From Phoronis australis (Eukaryota; Animalia; Phoronida), in the NCBI GenBank assembly GCA_002633005.1, contig NMRA01000618.1:1-53315 (forward strand): 53,315 nt of DNA, given 5' to 3'. Position 1 is the stretch's first letter. Each line of letters begins with the position of its first letter. The position numbers were made by a program, and so were the translations under genes. The notes beneath the pieces were generated by a model, which saw only the letters and a list, made by a program, of their open reading frames with translations, did no database searches and was not told the origin of the DNA. Of the stretch, positions 27,201-37,900 are shown piece by piece.

Positions 27201-30200
27201 ACCACATACCACTATCATTTCATATCACTCTAATCATTTGAGTCGACAATTTTCAAGTATATCTTTGAGATAAACTAATTTCAGTAAGCAAAAACAATAC
27301 GTTTTTAACATGTGTCAGAGCCTACAAGCAAAATTGGCAAAGGCACAATCATTCTGCCACTTTGCTAGTATTACATTCGAATCCTGTGCGATTTCTTTAA
27401 GATAGCTACTAGTACTAAATTAGAGGTGCATTTCACGGTACTTGGTCGGTTAGGACTAAAATGTTAAAACCAATGAAGGTGACTTTTGGCAATATTGATA
27501 TCAAATAGATATTGAAGATATTGAAATCACATGACACACAGTGTTGTATAGATTTTTAGTTTAAATAATTATGCTTTTGGCACATCTATTACACATTTGT
27601 GTAAAAGATACTGGTAAGTCAATTCGACGCACAGTTATTTCTAAACCAGTCAACAGTAAAGATACTTTCAATATTTATAACTGAGTTTAAGGGACATTTT
27701 CTTATGACAGAAAACGCAATTTTGTAGATATTACAGGCTGGGATAGACTTTAATTAGCTTTCATAAAACAACACAATCCGTCACTTTTGCCATTTTACTA
27801 CAAATCACCAAGTGCCACCGTTGTTCACCAGACATTTGCAGAAATAAGGCTGGCGAGTTTACTAGTAGATAATTTTTATGCTTGACATACTCCGTTCCTT
27901 CACGCGTAAGATTTGGTTTAGCAGTTGAGCATCTGGACACTTTTGCAGCGCTATCAGGTTCAGATCCATGCTACTGGTAATTTTTAATAAATTACTTTCT
28001 TACCAAATATCCTTTAACATACACACTTGTGCGCACCATCATAATCAATAGATAACAGGCCACAGTGTTGTCAACCACAACTAGTACGTCATCACTACTT
28101 TAATAATTCACGTCATGGAGGCGCAACACAATTCACGCATTTATATTTCCCAGTGATTCTATGGCACCACAGTGTCAAATCAAAATAGACTTTCTCAACT
28201 GGACCTCCAAAGCGGGTGAAAACTTTTTTGGAACTGACTAGGAGTTGTACCCTCCACCAGTAACAGGCCGGGGTCACACTCGAGATGAGTTTATGGACAA
28301 CACTGCGCATTTTCACAGTGCCCAGGGCACTTCATCAGAGTGTTGAGACAGATTCTAACATACTGAGATCAAGTGTGGTGTTACAGGACCTTAATGATGC
28401 AACAGCCCAGATATCTCAGGGCTCAACATTAACACTTTAAGCCAGTAGTTGAAATTTTTACTTGCCCGAACAACAAATTCACTTGCCCCAAGTACAATCC
28501 CAAATAGCACCGTGCATGTGCACACCTAGGTAATGTGTTACCGTAGGGCTGCCTGTACTGAGCCTCCTCTTGTGTCGTGAATGCTATATACGAGTTGTTA
28601 TTTTTAACGATTCTTCTTATAGAACAAATTATTTATAAGGTGTGTCAAAACACTAGAGAGACAAATTAGAAGAGTAACTATTGACCTGAACCATTGTCTC
28701 ACGTTCACAGGTGCCGAAATGAGCTAGGACATGAACTCTAGACATTTCTGTGAATTCATCAGTTTATACGCCCTCATGCATTAAACTTGAGGTGTTGCTT
28801 AACCTGAATTTGAATTTTTGCTATCCGTAAAAATCTTGCACAGTTTTGGTCACCAGTACCTTGTATTAAATTAAAATCAAATTTTAACAATGCCACATGT
28901 ACTTTTATTTTCAATAAATAATTACATTTTTGAAAAATAGATAGACCGCGAAAAAGTCACCCTTCAGAGCGACAATCCTGAAGACCATATTCCACTTCTT
29001 TCGGGAGTCGCCACCGGGAGCCGGGAATTCATAAGAATTTCCTCTGGAATTACCCCTGAATAAATACCAGGCCTTTAAAACTGCTGTCCAGTTACGTGGT
29101 CAATCATTCACCACTTTTTAGCTTTTGTGCTTCTCTGTATGACTTACATCTGCCGACGAACGCGATTCTTCCAGCTGTACATGGGTAAACGCCAGCAAAA
29201 ATCACATGTCATCCCTTGTTCACTGTCTCGCATGCCAGGAAACCTAATTTCCCATGACGGAACCCATTACTGCACTTTTTTCGTTTAATATTGTTGATTT
29301 GATTCTTCCCAAACTCATTTTTAGAAACTAAATCAATGCCTTGTTTGGACGTTTTGCCAGAGTGCAGACGATCAATAGTATCACATGACAACTTATTCAG
29401 AAACTGCAGGACACGTTCAGAGAAGCGAAAGGATTTGACCGCGGGCGTCATCTGTGCACGCTGCATCACACTCGTTCTATTTTCCTTTCGGTGCTCATTC
29501 GAAGACGGGAGTTTCTTTGACGGCCACAGGGGCTTTTTCGACGTTTTATAGGCTTGTGTCGGGGTTCGTTACTTTGGAGCAAATGTCTAGCAGACAATCT
29601 TTGGACCTACTTGCCTATGCGGCCAGCTTTTTCACTTGTCCATCGGGCAAGTACTTTTCAAATTCCACTTGCCCGACGCAAAATCTACATGTACACGGGC
29701 AATCGGGCAACCGTTAGTGTTGATCCCTGCTCCTCATTTTTGAGGCTGAATCTATCATGCTGCAATACACCCATGGGGTGGAATTGACGGTGACTCTAAC
29801 CGACGCTGCCAACGATTTCCACCCCATGTTGGCCAGGTTTGACGAAGTTCTGAGGTACAGGCATTACTATACAATAAATCTGGCCAGCTTGTTTTATGAA
29901 AATGCTGAGAATGATGAACTCCCCAGGTTAACTTTGAAATGAAGCTAAGGCCTCCCATTCACTCTTCTAACAGTTACAAATCAAAACTACTAACAACTTT
30001 TTTCATATTTTAGTAAAATTAAATAGTTGTGCGTGTGGACCAGCTATATATATAAATATATATAGTGTACTGGGGATGATCAGAAGTTGACGACGCCTGT
30101 GCCTTTTTCAGTGGAAGACAACAGGTCAAAAGTACGAGTCAGAAGTTTCGATTGTTCAATGTTGTGTCACGATATTGATGTTAATTGACTCACAAACTTT

Positions 30201-31708
30201 CATTACGTCCATAGTAATTTTTGGCAGAGTAAAAGACAGGCAGCAAGTCCAGTGACGTGTGCATTCACAAGGAAAATCCAGTGCCAGTGAGAAATACTCC
30301 ACAAAACCGCCTCAGATTCCCTCACGGTCTCAGACTCGGAACAAAACAAACTCAAGCAGATGACGCCCACGTCAACATCACTATAAAAACAGCAACACTA
30401 AGACAACATATGCTCGGATAACATTATTTTAAACTTCCTTTGACAAAATTTCAGGGAGATACAGATAAGTTGTCGTTTTTCAATGTTAAAGAGGACAACA
30501 GGCTGAATTAGAAAACTCTACTCACTTTGATTCACTGCCTGTTTCAGCGCCATCTTGAAATCAATAACAAATCAATGGGTATTCAGAAAAACAGAAATTT
30601 CGATTGGAGCGATAACCAGTGACCCGGTTATTGTACAGGAAAATAAGATCTCTTGTATATTGAAACGTGTTGCGTATGATTGNGTTTCTTTGACGGCCAC
30701 AGGGGCTTTTTCGACGTTTTATAGGCTTGTGTCGGGGTTCGTTACTTTGGAGCAAATGTCGAGCAGACAATCTTTGGACCTACTTGCCTATGCGGCCAGC
30801 TTTTTAACTTGTCCATCGGGCAAGTACTTTTCAAATTCCCCTTGCCCGACGCAAAATCTACATGTACACGGGCAATCGGGCAACCGTTAGTGTTGATCCC
30901 TGCTCCTCATTTTTGAGGCTGAATCTATCATGTTGCAATACACCCATGGGGTGGAATTGACGGTGACTCTAACCGACGCTGCCGACGATTTCCACCCCAT
31001 GTTGGCCAGGTTTGACGAAGTTTTGAGGTACAGGCATTACTATACAGTAAATCTGGCCAGCTTGTTTTATGAAAATGCTGAGAATGATGAACTCCCTAGG
31101 TTAACTTTGAAATGAAGCTAAGGCCTCCCATTCACTCTTTTAACACTTACAAATCAAAACTACTAACAACTTTTTTCATATTTTAGTAAAATTAAATAGT
31201 TGTGCGTGTGTATATATAGTGTACTGGGGATGATCAGAAGTTGACGACGCCTGTGCCTTTTTCAGTGGAAGACAATAGGTCAAAAGTACGAGTCAGAAGT
31301 TTCGATTGTTCAATGTTGTGTTCACGATATTGATGTTAATTGACTCACAAACTTTCATTACGTCCATAGTAATTTTTGGCAGAGTAAAAGACAGGCAGCA
31401 AGTCCAGTGACGTGTGCATTCACAAGGAAAATCCAGTGCCAGTGAGAAATACTCCACAAAACCGCCTCAGATTCCCTCACGGTCTCAGACTCGGAACAAA
31501 ACAAACTCAAGCAGATGACGCCCTCGTCAACATCACTATAAAAACAGCAACACTAAGACAACATATGCTCGGATAACATTATTTTAAACTTCCTTTGACA
31601 AAATTTCAGGGAGATACAGATAAGTTGTCGTTTTTCAATGTTAAAGAGGACAACAGGCTGAATTAGAAAACTCTACTCACTTTGATTCACTGCCTGTTTC
31701 AGCGCCAT
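12227..31708 (-). CDS. STXBP1: Munc18-1/unc-18/Rop orthologue (syntaxin-binding Sec1/Munc18 protein), complete 15-exon CDS, 587 aa
   Basis: Manually spliced exons give [75 protein letters not shown]...[23 protein letters not shown]...[30 protein letters not shown]...[13 protein letters not shown]...DLAMGTD...[18 protein letters not shown]...[20 protein letters not shown]. All introns are GT-AG, all phases are compatible, and exon lengths sum to 1764 nt. Confidence 0.97.
12793..12941 (-). CDS. STXBP1: Munc18 exon 14
   Basis: tttcag|T GCT CGC...GTC G|gtgggt; [49 protein letters not shown]. Confidence 0.95.
14078..14166 (-). CDS. STXBP1: Munc18 exon 13
   Basis: tcccag|GAA GCT...AGG AG|gtgagt; [29 protein letters not shown]. 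Confidence 0.94.
14104..15356. repeat. 626-bp direct duplication (14104-14729 / 14731-15356) joined by a single N; second copy carries a partial exon 13 (14731-14793)
   Basis: Near-identical copies at offset 627 with scattered SNPs; N at 14730. Confidence 0.9.
14915..15408 (-). pseudogene. Decayed tandem copies of the Munc18 exon-12 3' end/donor region in intron 12 (also duplicated at ~14288-14435)
   Basis: 14998-15062 encodes [22 protein letters not shown] versus exon 12 [22 protein letters not shown]; the flanking intron motif acacacatac(g/a)caacact is also repeated; donor GT lost. Confidence 0.75.
15409..15522 (-). CDS. STXBP1: Munc18 exon 12
   Basis: ttctag|GGT AGT...ATG GAG|gtgagg; [38 protein letters not shown]. 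Confidence 0.95.
15583..15735. repeat. ~20-bp minisatellite (TGATAACATGGTGGTATAC) in intron 11
   Basis: About 6-7 degenerate units. Confidence 0.85.
16253..16362 (-). CDS. STXBP1: Munc18 exon 11
   Basis: ttccag|GT ATA...CAG GAC|gtgagt; [36 protein letters not shown]. Confidence 0.95.
16989..17127 (-). CDS. STXBP1: Munc18 exon 10
   Basis: cttcag|GAT TTG GCC...GGA G|gtaagt; [46 protein letters not shown]. Confidence 0.96.
18172..18379 (-). CDS. STXBP1: Munc18 exon 9
   Basis: ctgcag|A GAG GTG...GAG CAG|gtaggt; [15 protein letters not shown]...[31 protein letters not shown]...KLCKVEQ. Confidence 0.96.
18649..18756 (-). CDS. STXBP1: Munc18 exon 8
   Basis: ttctag|G TAT GAA...TCC CA|gtaagt; [35 protein letters not shown]. 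Confidence 0.96.
19233..19363 (-). CDS. STXBP1: Munc18 exon 7
   Basis: ttttag|GGC CCT...TAT AA|gtgagt; [43 protein letters not shown]. Confidence 0.96.
20667..20900 (-). CDS. STXBP1: Munc18 exon 6
   Basis: ttgcag|GTG...GAG|gtaatg; [10 protein letters not shown]...[24 protein letters not shown]...KADDHSMGE. Confidence 0.96.
21623..21636. promoter_or_regulatory. X-box (RFX)-like palindrome GTTGCCACGGCAAC next to the exon 5 donor; second X-box-like GTTTCCATGGCAAT at 21801-21814
   Basis: Close match to the RFX consensus GTTGCCATGGCAAC. Confidence 0.35.
21651..21754 (-). CDS. STXBP1: Munc18 exon 5
   Basis: ccgcag|CA TGC...CAG AGG|gtaggt; [34 protein letters not shown]. Confidence 0.96.
24070..24151 (-). 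CDS. STXBP1: Munc18 exon 4
   Basis: ttccag|TCT...GAA G|gtcagt; [27 protein letters not shown]. Confidence 0.94.
25754..25830 (-). CDS. STXBP1: Munc18 exon 3
   Basis: tttcag|TG GTT GAA...CAG AAG|gtaagt; [25 protein letters not shown]. Confidence 0.96.
26287..26462. repeat. Perfect 44-bp x 4 tandem repeat in intron 2
   Basis: TGCAAACATTGGGATCTCCAGTGCTGCAATACTCACGTGCATCA x4, no spacers. Confidence 0.95.
26695..26823 (-). CDS. STXBP1: Munc18 exon 2
   Basis: ttgcag|AG GTG ATG GCC...ATC ACA T|gtgagt; [42 protein letters not shown]. Confidence 0.96.
28417..29729 (-). mobile_element. Internally deleted hAT-like element in Munc18 intron 1
   Basis: TIRs CAGGGCTCAACATTAAC / GTTAGTGTTGATCCCTG; subterminal ACTTGCCCG repeats; minus-strand remnant of a zinc-finger-type transposase N-terminus ([11 protein letters not shown]...MTCDFC...AFVGRC) at ~29150-29290; no clear TSD. 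Confidence 0.7.
30526..30553 (-). CDS. STXBP1: Second, identical copy of Munc18 exon 1 inside the 1.17-kb duplication (probable assembly duplicate)
   Basis: Same 28 nt and gtgagt donor as 31681-31708. Confidence 0.6.
31681..31708 (-). CDS. STXBP1: Munc18 coding exon 1 (MALKQAVNQ+A), copy contiguous with unique upstream DNA
   Basis: aagATGGCGCTGAAACAGGCAGTGAATCAAA|gtgagt; phase 1 joins exon 2 AG to give Lys. Confidence 0.88.
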
Positions 31709-32501
31709 CTTGAAATCAATAACAAATCAATGGGTATTCAGAAAAACAGAAATTTCGATTGGAGCGATAACCAGTGACCCGGTTATTGTACAGTAAAATA
31801 AGATCTCTTGTATATTGAAACGTGTTGCGTATGATTGATTTAGTATTATTTGAAAAGTTAGAGTTGTTTTCCAATGTATTTTAACATTTTTAAAGTGGAC
31901 AGGAAACGTCTCAAGTTCCTTGGTACTCGCGGCAGCAATAAAATATCTACCGCGGGTACCAAAATTTGCCCAGGCTTTCGTATTCAATCCGAGGTCGTCT
32001 TTGATTCAGTAGTAATTTGCAAGTAGAAAGTAAACAGTTTCGAATTCGTAGTTGACAGAAACTGTAAGTGGTATAGCAGTTATTGTCTGAAATGTAAACC
32101 GATATAAAACCCGAGCACATTCCCAGACTGCTGTAAAACGCTTTTTAGGGAGACTCAAGTGATAATGAATTCTGCGTTTTCATAACATTAAATGTTCTCA
32201 AAAATTTTTATTCAGCATTCTGATTAGAAAAATCACCTCTTTAAAATTTTTGATTACCTAGAATTAAGCATTATTATGATCAAAGCTTCAATAGGCTAGA
32301 CATTGTGCTTTTCATTGTACTATTTTGATCTCCCGAAAATATTTACTCCGTCGTAGAACGTGACCTCGTTTTGACTCATCATAATCAGGGGCACGAAGTC
32401 AACAAGGCGGAGTTGCCATGCGTCAGGGCCCCCCTGTTTTCATGTTGTATCGCTGTAAGGAGCGAGGCAGAGTTGTTCAGTGAGGCTATTAGAACACCAT
32501 C
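31709..32501. promoter_or_regulatory. Putative bidirectional promoter and 5' UTRs between Munc18 and the divergent gene
   Basis: Only ~0.8 kb separates the two divergent ATGs; a YY1-type motif (CAAGATGGCG) overlaps the Munc18 start codon. Confidence 0.5.
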
Positions 32502-32523
32502 ATGTCAAAGAGTCCGAAATCAG
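32502..32523 (+). CDS. Putative first coding exon of the divergent gene (MSKSPKS+G)
   Basis: accatcATGTCAAAGAGTCCGAAATCAG|gtatgt; phase 1 matches the acceptor at 45738, giving MSKSPKSAEESPGRNK... Confidence 0.6.
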
Positions 32524-33857
32524 GTATGTCAGGTAACAGGTCGCTTCTTTCATTCCACTATACAACTCCTCGGTCTCGGACCTCTGATCCGATAATTCAG
32601 TCGTTCGTCTTGCTTGTCAAGATGTCACTGATCGAATAGTTCAATCAGTATTGATTGATTGTTCATTTAATTAAATCAGGTATTGAGTGATCTTGTGGCT
32701 GATCTCTTGCTAGACACCCACTGCCAAGCCTAGGTGTAAAGCTGCATAAATATGTTGGTTTGGAATGATCTGGGTTAAAAGTCGAGCAAAACATAGTGAC
32801 CCCTGTCCTGTCTCTAGCGGGCCCTAACAGAGATGGTGAAGTTCCTATAGGAAGCGAATTATCCCTCACACTGGCTAAAACATCAAAGTCACAATAGGCA
32901 CTGGCCGGATGTAGTTGTCCCTGATTTTGAGAATCCATTTCATCAAGAACTAAAATAATGCGCCCGTTATTCAGTGATTGCCTGGTTCTCAAAATCAGGG
33001 TTGCTATATCCGACCAGTGCTGTCACGTTATAAGTACCTTTTTGCTCATAGTGGGACAGCTTAAGTGGCTGTCGATGTATTTTTGCCTTCCAACTGTAAT
33101 CAAACTTTTTTCTTGGAGCAGTCCTTTGTTGAGTTGGCTAAATTGGCAACTGGCCGTTTTTACATGTATGCGCATTCCTATTTTACTGCGCTCGCCAAGA
33201 ACATGAGCAGTCCAGGGTATTAATTATCCAATCTGGTCAAATGCCCTGATCTGCAGAATCACCAACACTCGACACTTACCTGCCGGAATCGTCGCTCTTA
33301 CCATATTTTAATGCAAAATTAGCAAGCCAATGATTTTTAGTAAATGGATATAAGTGTAGGAAATTCAAATAAATTGCAATCGGTGGAATGTTTGTTTGAG
33401 TCTATTGTGTTTGTCAGTACAAGCTTCTGTTTAACATCTGGTACATGGAATTTGGAAGTGCGAGTTCAGGTTTTCACCAACTCACTTTATTGGTAGTCGA
33501 CATGGGCCATTGGATATTCAAACTCTGGCACCACAGGCCAGCACCGTCTTACCTTGTCTATTTGGAGAATACTGGTGCTACAACTGATTTTTTGATCATC
33601 AAACTTTTGCAACCTGGGATCCCTGGGTTTGAGCTGAATTTCAGGACTGTATGCGAAAAATTTTCAATCACAACGTCTGGAACTTACTCTCAAGTTCCGA
33701 ATAGCCATATATATATACGATTTATTTCAGACTCTTTATCCAGTCTGTACAAAGCTTATTTGGGTCTCTCCGTTTATTAATTATAGATGGTTTTTCCACT
33801 CCTCCACAATTATTTGGTCAAGATGACATTCGGAGTTGGCTGTTTCTTACTCATTTC

Positions 33858-34795
33858 TAGGCAGTGACCATCACCTCTGTTGGCCCGAACCAGAGGCGAT
33901 GCAGCTCCTGTAGGCGCTCTGTACGCCGGAAGCTTTTCGGCGAATTATGCCTCGCACCGACTAAACCATCAAAGTCACGTTGTTATAAATACCTTTTGCG
34001 CATAGAGGAACACCTTAGGAGGTTGTCGATGTGTTTAATTCCTTCCAACTCGAACAAATACTCCCGTTATCAAACTTTTTCTTCGAGCAGTCCCTATTTC
34101 AGTTCCCAAAATCGTGAACTCAACATTTTTATACTGCGCACGCTCCAATTTTTACCGCGCTCGCTAGGTGATGTGACTTCATGACCTCAATTTTTAAATA
34201 GGCTAAAGGTGAGCCATTGCGGTCTTGTCAGTCAAATGTTTGTTTCCAAAATGCCACCACTTATACTTGTCTTTAATTGGCATTACTTGAAACTGATTCT
34301 ATTTCAATGAATTATTGTTTGCATTTGATAAAAATAAATGCTGTTGATATGACATTTAATAGTGTTTGTGGACATATTTGATATTTTAATGTTTAACGGC
34401 AAATGCACGGCTGGTTCTTGGCAGCACTTACGCAAAGGACGGGAACTTCAGCTTTCAAAGTTCACCGGTAGGACCGCAACTTCTGACGTTCGGCCTGGTT
34501 AAAAGAATCTTTTGGCGTGCGCCGAGTGGAAATGTTGACGATTTTGGGAACTGAAATAGGGACTGCTCGAAGAAAAAGTTTGATAACTGGAGTATTTGTT
34601 CGAGTTGGAAGGAATTAAACACATCGACAACCTCCTAAGGTGTTCCTCTATGCGCAAAAGGTATTTATAACAACGTGACTTTGATGGTTTAGTCGGTGCG
34701 AGGCATAATTCGCCGAAATGTTTCCGGCGAACAGAGCGCCTATTGGAGTTGCATCGCCTCTGGTTCGGGCCAACAGAGGCGATGGTCATTGCCTA
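33858..34795. mobile_element. Foldback/Mutator-like element with ~300-bp TIRs and a perfect 9-bp TSD
   Basis: Arms ~33858-34155 and ~34500-34795 are inverted near-copies; ACTCATTTC at 33849-33857 and 34796-34804. Confidence 0.88.
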
Positions 34796-34836
34796 ACTCA
34801 TTTCTTGAACGCAATTTTGTAACTCAAAATTTTTTT

Positions 34837-34906
34837 GGACACCGAATTTCGAACCCTGGTTGCCTAAGTGAGAACTCACAGTCCTAACCACTAGACCACG
34901 AGACAC
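34837..34906 (-). mobile_element. tRNA(Glu)-like sequence (SINE head or pseudo-tRNA)
   Basis: GTGGTCTAGTGGTTAGGA (A box), CTCAC at the anticodon position, GGGTTCGAAAT (B box); poor acceptor/anticodon stems. Confidence 0.65.
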
Positions 34907-37900
34907 TCCCAACAATTTAGCAATTTTAAAGATTATATACGATTCCATGGTACACACGGAAGTCACTTGTAATAACATGTACATGAAAAAGATTTTATTC
35001 GTTTACTATACAACTGTACATTTCAAAGCTTAAATGATCAGACTCCCAAGTATGTATTCTCATTAGTAGCAACAAACCCATCATATGTATACCTTTTTGC
35101 GCAATGAAGAGTTGTACGTTAGAAGACTTGTCAACTGAGTCATGCACGAGCCATGCCAGTTTGCTTCTGTCGCGAACATTTTACATTTTACGCAAATATG
35201 CAATCATTATTATTATTTTAGTCTATACTATTTTTAAACTTCCACAAATTTGCCATATATACCATTGATTCCATTCTATACTATTATTATTTTTTTGCAA
35301 ATTTCCGGTCTATACTGTTATTCTACTCTTCTAGTGGCAAAAATGTCGGGTCTATACTATTATTCCATTCTCTACTATTACTAGGAATCTTGAAAATTTC
35401 CGGTCTATACTATTAATGCTGTCTCTACAACTATCGGAACTTGAGAGTAGTGTGAAATAATTTTCCCTGTGAAAATTGCGTCGCCCTCTGTCGGTCTTTG
35501 TAGACATTGTGTGCAAGGCCCCGTACCATGAGTCAGATAACCTGTATCTGACTCTCGGTGTATGTTCCAAGGAGAGTTCATGTCATTGATCCACACAACC
35601 TCTTTGATACTTCATACAGTATAGAAATAGCATAAGACTAAATTTCTGACTTGAGTCACTTCTCGTGTAACAAACAACTGATACTTGAGAGACACGTGAG
35701 GCAGCGCACGACGCTCAGCTAAACACGCCATGTCCCATTTGGCTACCTGTCAAAAATCCCACGTCACAAAATGAAATCTGAGGCCGCCAAAACTGAATAT
35801 TTCTGTCTTCGAAATCAATTCTGAAGTTTCCTGACATCCTTCTGTCTGGCGTATAGAAGTTTGTCAACCAAAAAATGGATGAATGGCCTCGTAGTGCCAC
35901 CAACTCTGCTGATTCTACGCGTAGATGGCGTAAGTGTAGATCTATGCACCTTCATTCTGTATCTCAAGTTTTCCCACTGGCAAACAAAAATGGAATGCAG
36001 ACAACTGCATGGACTGGTGGTGTGAATTTTGCGGAACAGTTGTGACTTCTATTTACTTACTTCCAATCGTAATTTAAGTGTGGTGGTAAATGATTTCACA
36101 AAGTCAACTGAACTTTTTTGAGTCAATTTAAAGTTTGGAAGTCCAAACGAACTTTGAAACACCAATAAAGGGAATTATTGTCCGACTTTGATACTCTCAA
36201 CAGTGACTTCCTGGTGACTTGGAATTTTCCCAGGTCCCCAAACACAATCTGAGATCGCATTGGTGACCTGCAGGCCGCCAATTCAAGCGCTGCGAGGGTT
36301 GCAGTGATAACACATTGGAAAGAACTAATGAAAGGAGAGCATTTTGAGGTTTTTACGTTTAATCTCTTAGATTCCGGGTCTTTTACTCAGGAAAAATATC
36401 TTAAAAATGGAGAAGCTGATCTAATAAGTATATATATATATATATAGTAGCAGTAAATGCCATAGGCTTTCTTCCAAAATGTGTTTTTAATGTCTTGATG
36501 CGATGAGTTTTGGACCTGTAAAGACTTTATCAGTGTTGTTAGCTTTAACATCAGGTGCGAAAGATAATAATGGCTTCCCACATCTGATGGCTCATGTATT
36601 TGCTGTTTACCAAATTATATGAACGAGCAAGACATAATGTAATACTGGCTACACAAATAGATCCTTAATGCTGTTAAAAACCATTTTGCCTCTGTGATTA
36701 TAGGCATCAGGCAGTGTGTATTATCCTTATCACAGTGATTGTCTGATCTATTAAAGACATGCTATAATGTTCACTGAAGTATTGGGTGTTGCTAACTTGT
36801 TCCTTTTTTGAACTTAAGAAGTTTTATGTTCTTGACCGGTAATAAGTCCCGTCCAGTCGCAGCCTGCCCGATAACAACTTGCACTATTGCAACTTACCCC
36901 ACTTAAGTAGAGAACCCGCACTCACATATCCGATAAATAGGGTAAAGTGGAAGTTGTCGCTGTGTGCTTGACAATGAATAGTTAATGCATATACTGGACG
37001 CAAAAGAAGACCCAACTGTATGTAACTAGGGTTTTCATTTGCAGTTTCTGCTTATTTTGCATCTTTTTATAGTTATTTTGACTTTATTTGTACAAAAACA
37101 TTTTTTTCTGTTAAATTTTACAACACATAAAATATTTCCATCACACAAGCCTATTTGAAGAAGGTGGTAAGTCAAACAATCAAAAAGATTGCAACGCCAG
37201 ACGCAGTCTTCAGAAGAAGACTTTCACGTCTAGTGATTCAAGCCTCTAACTTCTTTTCACTATAAGTGAGGGTGGCCCACACCCACCGGTACCAAATAAG
37301 GCCAACTAATGCTGGATGGATGTCTGCCTCTTGCTAGGAGGAGACTTTAGAAAACGATTGGTCACTTGAAGGGACTCTGCCTGGTCTTTTCATTTCTCCT
37401 CCACCAAATCTACATTCACGCCACCATAGCTGCAGTACATATACAAATCGGTTCTTGTTACACGGTGGTAAACCTGTATTACCGATAACAGTCCATAATG
37501 AAGAGCCAGGAAAACCTCTCGCTCCAACTTTGACAGCAAATAAATTGACGGTGTACCAATAAGTCCTTGTACTTGGCCATCTTGAATTTATGACTCCTCA
37601 ATACACAAGTTACATTAGAACAAGGTGGCCTACCTTGATATGGTGGAGTTATTTGTCACAAGTGGGGAAAGTTGCACTAGTTTAAATAGCGTCCACACAA
37701 CCTCCAAACTAAGGGGCAACTCGTTCCAAGACTAACCTGTTCTAGGGTAAGATTGTGTGTGGACTGCACTAGAGTCACAAGGGTCGGTCATTTGGTTACC
37801 ATTAAATAACAGACATCAAACTGATTCCCAAAATGCAGGAGCCTTATAAGTGATTACTGCCGCTTGATGATGTTATTGTCTAAGTGTTAGATTACACATG

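Larger units (their letters stand above)
29511..31837. repeat. ~1.17-kb direct duplication (29511-30682 / 30684-31837) joined by a single N; contains Munc18 exon 1 twice
   Basis: Near-identical copies with SNPs and an indel in a TA-rich tract; N at 30683. Confidence 0.92.
33687..35447. mobile_element. TA-flanked Tc1/mariner-like non-autonomous element (outer element of a nest)
   Basis: TA|CTCTCAAGTTCCGAATAG ... CTATCGGAACTTGAGAG|TA; repeated GGTCTATACTATT motifs near the right end (35220-35415). Confidence 0.65.

Noticed and set aside
29757-31115. Duplicated 61-aa ORF ([10 protein letters not shown]...) as a nested gene
   Set aside because: Non-ATG start in one copy, no recognisable motif, and the duplication is explained by the N-joined repeat
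33864-34789. Two near-identical convergent ORFs (106 aa and 96 aa) as a gene pair
   Set aside because: They are the two arms of the foldback element; no recognisable domain
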